The notes under the pieces are model-generated. The model worked only from the letters and a program-made list of their open reading frames with translations, was not told the origin of the DNA and made no database searches. A stretch of 64,000 nt of DNA from a virus. Numbering within the stretch: the stretch's first letter is position 1; the number at the start of each line of letters is the position of its first letter. Below are positions 58,596-64,000 of the stretch, piece after piece. Location of the stretch: IMG/VR virus record IMGVR_UViG_3300044655_000639, positions 1 to 64,000 of that record; one strand, 5' to 3'. The translations under genes and the position numbers were made by a program.

Positions 58596-58928
58596 ATGAC
58601 AACAGAGGAACTCGAACTAATCGAAGACTCAAACAAAGAAGCTAAGGAAGCTATAGCTTTAGGTGAAGCATTCAAAAGACTGCTTGAGAATGAAGACTAC
58701 CAGAAGGTAATCTCTAATGGTTATATCAAGGACTATGCTAAAGAGTTAGGAATGGCTATTGCTATGAATACTGGAGCGTATGATACTGATAAGATGATTG
58801 AAGACCTGAAGGGTATCAATGCATTCGTAGGCTATGGTTTCAAGGTTGCTAATGCACACATGGCTGCAGAACAAGATCTGATAGAGAATGCTCGTTATGT
58901 TGCAGAAACTACAGAAGTAGAGGAGTAA
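58596..58928 (+). CDS. N4 gp58-like protein
   Basis: A..RL..N.D..KVI..GY; synteny. Confidence 0.6.
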   Translation: MTTEELELIEDSNKEAKEAIALGEAFKRLLENEDYQKVISNGYIKDYAKELGMAIAMNTGAYDTDKMIEDLKGINAFVGYGFKVANAHMAAEQDLIENARYVAETTEVEE

Positions 58929-58931
58929 CAG

Positions 58932-59996
58932 ATGAGTGTAAATCTAGATAATATGTCTGATGAAGACTTTGAAACACATATGAATAACCTTCCTAGAGAG
59001 GAAGAAGATGAAGCAGTCATTGAGGACACTGAGCCTACTGATACTGTAGAAGATGAGACTACTACTGGTGACGATCAGAGTGAAGAGGAAGAGTCTACAG
59101 AAGAAGAGGAAACAGAATCTCAAACTACTGATAGTGATGAAGAAGAGAACGATAGTACAGAAGACACAGAAGAGGATACTCAGGAAACCACGGAAATCGA
59201 CTACAAAGCATTCTATGAGCAAGTAACAGCTGACTATAAAGCAAACAATAGAGTTATGCCTGGATTGAAAGATCCTGAAGACTTTAGAAAAGCATTAGCT
59301 ATGGCAAGTAACTATGCACTGAAGACTACTGCTATCAAACCTCATCTAGGTCGAATCAAGATGCTGAAAGATGTATCTGATGAAGAACTAAATGAGATGA
59401 TGGACTTCAAGAATCGTAATCCTGAAGTTATCAAGAAAGCATTGAAAGATGCTGGTATTGACCCACTGGATATTGATGTTGATGAGAAGGTAAGCTATCA
59501 GGCTAATGACTACAGAGTAAGCACTGCTGAAATAGAGTTTGAAGAGATCATTGATACTATCAAGGATACTCCTGAGTTTGCTAGGACAAGTGAAGTAGTG
59601 ACTTCTGTATGGGACGAAGCTTCTAAGAAAGCTATGCTGGATAATCCACATCTGATCAAAGCATTGAATGAAGAGATGCAGATGGGACGATATGATACCA
59701 TCCAAGGTATGATTGATCAGCGTAAGCTATTAGGGAAGACTGGTGGAATGACTGATCTACAAATGTATCAAGAGATTGCTACAGAGATGCAGAGAAGTCA
59801 AGTACAACAGTCTGCTAAAAAAGTAGAAGTAGTAGCACCTGTACAGAAAGTTGAAGACCCTGCTGTAAAAGAACAAAAGAAACAAGCAGGGATAAGTACT
59901 AAGAAGACATCTAGTGCTGTGAAGAAGTATGACCCAACTAAGTTGAGTGATGAAGAATTCATGGAACTAGTAGCTTCTGGTGCTAAGTTTATCTAG
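58932..59996 (+). CDS. Acidic scaffold-like protein (N4 gp57-like)
   Basis: Acidic N-terminus, SDE.F at both ends; precedes the major capsid gene. Confidence 0.7.
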   Translation: MSVNLDNMSDEDFETHMNNLPREEEDEAVIEDTEPTDTVEDETTTGDDQSEEEESTEEEETESQTTDSDEEENDSTEDTEEDTQETTEIDYKAFYEQVTADYKANNRVMPGLKDPEDFRKALAMASNYALKTTAIKPHLGRIKMLKDVSDEELNEMMDFKNRNPEVIKKALKDAGIDPLDIDVDEKVSYQANDYRVSTAEIEFEEIIDTIKDTPEFARTSEVVTSVWDEASKKAMLDNPHLIKALNEEMQMGRYDTIQGMIDQRKLLGKTGGMTDLQMYQEIATEMQRSQVQQSAKKVEVVAPVQKVEDPAVKEQKKQAGISTKKTSSAVKKYDPTKLSDEEFMELVASGAKFI

Positions 59997-60004
59997 GAGA
60001 TAAC

Positions 60005-61447
60005 ATGTTATATGGTAATGGCACAAATAGCTCTGTAGGAGCACAGTTTAATACATATGAGTACAAGCGTAAAGCTCTCATCGAGACAGCAAAAGCTGAG
60101 TACTTTTCACAATTAGGTGACTCTGAGAGTCTTACAAAGAACTACGGACAAAAGATCAAGAAGTATCACTACCTTCCATTATTGGATGATCGTAATATCA
60201 ATGACCAAGGTTTAGATGCAACTGGTGTATCTACTGCGAATGAGGTGACTATCACTATCACTACTGCAGATGGTGAAGATATCTTAGCTGTTGGTAATGG
60301 TTCTAATGCTGCAACTGCGTTGACTGCTGCACAAGCACGAGCAATGGTAATCTTCAAGCAAGAGCTTGGTATTGATATTGCAAATGCATTGTATGATACG
60401 TATGCTGAAGCTGTAGCTGCTTATGTTAATGGTGCTTCATCTACTGTAGCTAATCGTGGTTCATTGGTTGTAGGTGCTGCAGTTAATGCATCTGGTAACT
60501 TATATGGTTCAAGCAAGAATCCTGGATATATCTCTGGTAAATTGCCTACGTTGTCTGAGTCTGGTGGGCGTGTTAACCGTGTTGGTTTCAAGCGTTTAGA
60601 GCTAGAAGGTTCTATTGCTAACTATGGTTTCTTCTATGAGTGGTCTAAAGACTCTATGGACTTTGATACTGATGAAGAGTTGTATACTCATATCAATCGT
60701 GAATCTGTACGTGGTGCTCGTGAGTTGTCAGAAGACATCATCCAAATGGACTTGCTAGCTGGTGCTGGTGTTATTCGTTATACTGGTGATGCAACATCAT
60801 TAGCAACAACTGGTTACAATGCTACTGCTTTGTTGAACTCTGTAGTAACTTATGATGACCTTGTTAAGCTTGGTGTAACTCTTGATGATAACCGTTGTTC
60901 TAAGGACACAACTGCTATTACAGGCTCTAAAGATACTGATGTATTGAATATCCCTGCAGCACGTTATATGTTCATTGGTTCTGAGTTGATTCCTACAATC
61001 ATGCGTATGACTGATTATCACTCTGTGAAAGCATTTATCCCTATTGAGAAGTATGCTCAAATGAGTGCAAGTGGTAAGTACACTAATGCATTGCATGGTG
61101 AGATTGGTGCAGTAGCTGGATTCCGTATCGTAGTTGTCCCTGAGATGATGGGTTATGTTGGTGCTGGTGAGAATGTTGGTGCAGACCTTTCATACCTTAA
61201 TGATGGTGCTAAGTACAATGTATACCCAATGTTGGTTGTAGGTTCTGGTGCATTTGCTCATATCCGTTTCCAAGTATCTGGTGGTATGTCTGACAAGTTC
61301 AACATCATCGTACGTAAGCCTGGAACATTCGCTAATGCTGATGATCCATACGAGAAGATCGGATATAGCTCTATCCAATTCTGGCAAGGAACAATGATCC
61401 TTCGTCCTGAATGGTTGGCTAAGGTGCTCACGTTAGCTAAGGGGTAA
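60005..61447 (+). CDS. Major capsid protein (N4 gp56-like)
   Basis: YLPLLDDRNINDQG, GNLYGSSK, LPTLSESGGRVNRVGF, DPY..GYSSI. Confidence 0.95.
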   Translation: MLYGNGTNSSVGAQFNTYEYKRKALIETAKAEYFSQLGDSESLTKNYGQKIKKYHYLPLLDDRNINDQGLDATGVSTANEVTITITTADGEDILAVGNGSNAATALTAAQARAMVIFKQELGIDIANALYDTYAEAVAAYVNGASSTVANRGSLVVGAAVNASGNLYGSSKNPGYISGKLPTLSESGGRVNRVGFKRLELEGSIANYGFFYEWSKDSMDFDTDEELYTHINRESVRGARELSEDIIQMDLLAGAGVIRYTGDATSLATTGYNATALLNSVVTYDDLVKLGVTLDDNRCSKDTTAITGSKDTDVLNIPAARYMFIGSELIPTIMRMTDYHSVKAFIPIEKYAQMSASGKYTNALHGEIGAVAGFRIVVVPEMMGYVGAGENVGADLSYLNDGAKYNVYPMLVVGSGAFAHIRFQVSGGMSDKFNIIVRKPGTFANADDPYEKIGYSSIQFWQGTMILRPEWLAKVLTLAKG

Positions 61448-61500
61448 ACCCTTGCTAAGCTTCTGGGCATAGGTGATTCTCTCAGGAGAGTCTAACACTA

Positions 61501-61520
61501 AGAGTGGTATCATCCACTCT
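61501..61520 (+). terminator. Hairpin after the major capsid gene (one of three)
   Basis: AGAGTGG-TATCAT-CCACTCT. Confidence 0.4.
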
Positions 61521-61547
61521 ATAATAAAAAGATAACAAGGAAATAAA

Positions 61548-62096
61548 ATGAGTGAAGAAACCAAAGTACCAACTCCTAGAGAGTTATTAAAAGAGAAAGC
61601 TGACTTGCTTGGAGTTGAGTATAAGAGTAATGTAACAGATGCAAAGCTGTTAGAGTTAATCGAAGCTAAGATGAAGCCTGTAAAAGCTGAAGTGGTAGTG
61701 GAGAAATCAGAGGAAGAGAAAATACAGGAGACTATTGCTGAGAGTCGTACTAAGCTGATGAAGCTACGTAGAGTGATCCTAACATGTAATGATCCACAGA
61801 TGAAAGAATGGGATACTACACCTATCCTGAGCGTAAGTAACTCTATCATCACACTACCTAAGATTGCAATTCCACTGAATGTAGAGTGGCATATCCCACA
61901 AGGGTACTATGATCTATTGAAGAGTCAAAGATGTGGTATTGATGTAAAAGGTAAAGATGGTAAAGGTCGTACAATCACAGTACGTAAAGAGATTGCTAAG
62001 TACAATATCCAAGATCTACCTGATCTAACTATTGAAGAACTAGCTGAATTAAAGCAGATGCAGATTGCACGAGATGGTGTAGCAAAAGCTGAATAG
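61548..62096 (+). CDS. N4 gp55-like protein
   Basis: LKEKADLLGV.Y..N, KLRRV..TCNDP, WHIP, L.EL..MQ. Confidence 0.7.
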   Translation: MSEETKVPTPRELLKEKADLLGVEYKSNVTDAKLLELIEAKMKPVKAEVVVEKSEEEKIQETIAESRTKLMKLRRVILTCNDPQMKEWDTTPILSVSNSIITLPKIAIPLNVEWHIPQGYYDLLKSQRCGIDVKGKDGKGRTITVRKEIAKYNIQDLPDLTIEELAELKQMQIARDGVAKAE

Positions 62097-62102
62097 TATG
62101 AT

Positions 62103-62124
62103 GATGGTCTCTTAGGAGGCTATC
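62103..62124 (+). terminator. C(UUAG)G hairpin
   Basis: GATGGTCTC-TTAG-GAGGCTATC with G-U pairs. Confidence 0.5.
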
Positions 62125-62147
62125 TATGATATTATCAAGGAGAACAT

Positions 62148-62516
62148 ATGGCAGCAGTAACACAGTTTACAATCACTAAAGGTAATGAACTAGAGTTCTA
62201 TATCATCATAAAAGAGAATGGTACAGTATCTCCTCTAGTACTAGATCCTGCTGATACATTCTCATATAGCCTAGTCAATAAGAAGCATGGTACTAAGGTA
62301 GTAGAAGATGTTCCTATGACTATAGTTGACGGACCAAATGGTAAGATCAAAGGAGTTATAACCGCTGAAGTAAGTGCTACTCTACCGCATAAGGTAGGTA
62401 GTGCTGAAGATGGGTATATCCCAAGAGCAAGTCTACGTCTAATAGTGAATGGAGATACTGCTGCTCAAGGTATGTTCGTAGCATCTATCGAAGATGTATA
62501 TGTTATAGTAGGATAA
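62148..62516 (+). CDS. Virion beta-sandwich protein
   Basis: Strong RBS; beta-rich. Confidence 0.55.
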   Translation: MAAVTQFTITKGNELEFYIIIKENGTVSPLVLDPADTFSYSLVNKKHGTKVVEDVPMTIVDGPNGKIKGVITAEVSATLPHKVGSAEDGYIPRASLRLIVNGDTAAQGMFVASIEDVYVIVG

Positions 62517-62519
62517 GTC

Positions 62520-64000
62520 ATGGATATTGAAGTAGAATCTCCAATAACAGTAGAAGCTGAAGTACAGACATATACACTAGTATCTGATGATATCTATGTA
62601 AGAAGATATGGCACATCCAACATACCTCCATGGTATGCTAGTATGATAGAAAGTCTCATAGCTAACTCTGGAACGATAGCAAATATGGATGATGTCATAC
62701 AATATTTAAGTAGTCTAGAATCAGGATACAACACAAAGTTCTTCAACCTAGAGACAGTAGATTCTGAGACAAACGCACTGCTATCAAGTCTGGTATCGAC
62801 TACTGGAGGACATACGGCAGCAATAGCAAGTCTAGATATTACAAAGACTGATGCTGACAGTGCTCTAGCTATAGCTCAAGATACAGTAGCAGCATACTTC
62901 AATGATGGAAGTGCAGGAGCATTCTTTGATAGTAAGATATCAACATATGCAAGTAATGTGGAAGCTAATGCTAATAACATCTCAGTACTAGGTGCGACAC
63001 TCAATGGAGTGTCTGCTAGAATTACTACTGTAGAAGATGTAACAATATCCCAAGGACTGGATATCCAAACTCTACTAGCATCTACAGATGGGAGTGTAGA
63101 TACATACTACCAACCTGAAGCACCAACCACAGCTAATTATGGTGACTGGTGGATAGATACAGATTCTAATCCTATCAGAGCTTATAGATATGAAGATAGC
63201 AATGGATTGAATACTGGTACTCTAATATGGACTGATAGATCTACTGATGTAGTAGCAATGACATATATCAATGTATGGAAAGACAATACAAGAATAGATA
63301 ATATCATAGACGGTACTACAGTAATAAGTATTGACAATGCAAGGGTAGGGGATATAAACATAGCTGCATACGTAGCCTCTGAGATAGACAAAGAAGTTGT
63401 AGTATATAGTGGAAGCATTCCTCCTCGTATAAGTACAGAGCCAGGAGGGCTACATCCTGCTACTGCTAAAGCAAATGATATCTATATCCAAAAGACTACT
63501 GCTACAAGTGCAAGTGGTGTAGTAGTAGATGTAGTAAATACATATACATACAATGGATCAATATGGGTAGTGACAGGTACAAATAATAATTTGACTGCAC
63601 TAGCTGATATGGCTGATGGTAAGAGAACAATATACAGAGGAACAACTGCTCCAACAAGCCCTGATGTAAATGATATCTGGATACCAGAAACAGGTGTAGT
63701 AGGATACCTAGCAGGAGGACTCTACCAATGGACAGGTACTGTATGGTTGGAAACTACAAGGTACACTGATGATACAGCAGTAACTGATTTTATCACTGAT
63801 ACATTCCTACCATTCAAAGACTTAGTAGATGCACAACTAGACAATCAGATAATATCATGGTTCAAAGAAGTACCTCCAACACTAGCTAATGAGCCTGCTT
63901 CACTATGGACTACTACAGTACTAAAAGATGAGCATCTAGCAGATCTATACTATGATACTGTAAGTGGTATAGCGTATAGATTCAACAAGAGTGCTGCTGG
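62520..64000 (+). CDS. Tail fibre/tail protein, truncated by the window end
   Basis: Translated by hand (MDIEVESPIT...). Coiled coil followed by P....GD.W.DT-type repeats (EAPTTANYGDWWIDT, TAPTSPDVNDIW, DLYYDT). Confidence 0.7.
   Translation, partial: MDIEVESPITVEAEVQTYTLVSDDIYVRRYGTSNIPPWYASMIESLIANSGTIANMDDVIQYLSSLESGYNTKFFNLETVDSETNALLSSLVSTTGGHTAAIASLDITKTDADSALAIAQDTVAAYFNDGSAGAFFDSKISTYASNVEANANNISVLGATLNGVSARITTVEDVTISQGLDIQTLLASTDGSVDTYYQPEAPTTANYGDWWIDTDSNPIRAYRYEDSNGLNTGTLIWTDRSTDVVAMTYINVWKDNTRIDNIIDGTTVISIDNARVGDINIAAYVASEIDKEVVVYSGSIPPRISTEPGGLHPATAKANDIYIQKTTATSASGVVVDVVNTYTYNGSIWVVTGTNNNLTALADMADGKRTIYRGTTAPTSPDVNDIWIPETGVVGYLAGGLYQWTGTVWLETTRYTDDTAVTDFITDTFLPFKDLVDAQLDNQIISWFKEVPPTLANEPASLWTTTVLKDEHLADLYYDTVSGIAYRFNKSAA

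Noticed and set aside
60647-60664. AAAGAC-TCTATG-GACTTT, resembling the early hairpins
   Set aside because: Lies inside the capsid coding sequence with a mismatched stem; likely chance.
1-64000. CRISPR array, integrase, self-splicing introns or inteins
   Set aside because: No repeat-spacer array or recombinase motifs seen; polymerase, nrdA and terminase ORFs are uninterrupted and of normal size.

Overview
A circularly permuted piece of a lytic N4-like (Schitoviridae-type) phage genome, AT-rich, with AAGGA(G)-type ribosome-binding sites. The host cannot be determined; there are weak hints of Campylobacterota. The + strand at 106-9792 encodes a 3228-aa virion RNA polymerase, the last late gene. 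The - strand at about 9.8-37.5 kb carries early and middle genes: a single-chain T7-like RNAP, small membrane proteins, ThyX, a tRNA/ncRNA cluster, SF1 helicase, family A DNA polymerase, an AAA/partner pair, primase, exonuclease, recombination ATPase, SSB, NrdA/NrdB and MazG. The + strand from 37.9 kb to the end carries terminase, tail fibre, lysis cassette, spike and other structural genes, portal, scaffold-like protein and major capsid. The genome termini probably lie at about 37.56-37.95 kb. Main observations: (1) an intact DEDDh 3'-5' exonuclease inserted inside the vRNAP catalytic core; (2) a candidate programmed -1 frameshift (C CCA AAG plus a stem-loop) that completes a membrane-anchored lytic transglycosylase; (3) five covarying hairpins with an invariant TCTATG/CATAGA loop ahead of the early genes; (4) an unsplit RNAPII; (5) a stand-alone PAS protein in the lysis cassette; (6) two homing endonucleases that appear to have replaced an end of their target gene (portal, nrdA); (7) tRNA-like and pseudoknotted ncRNAs. 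All calls come from motifs recognised by eye; no searches were run.
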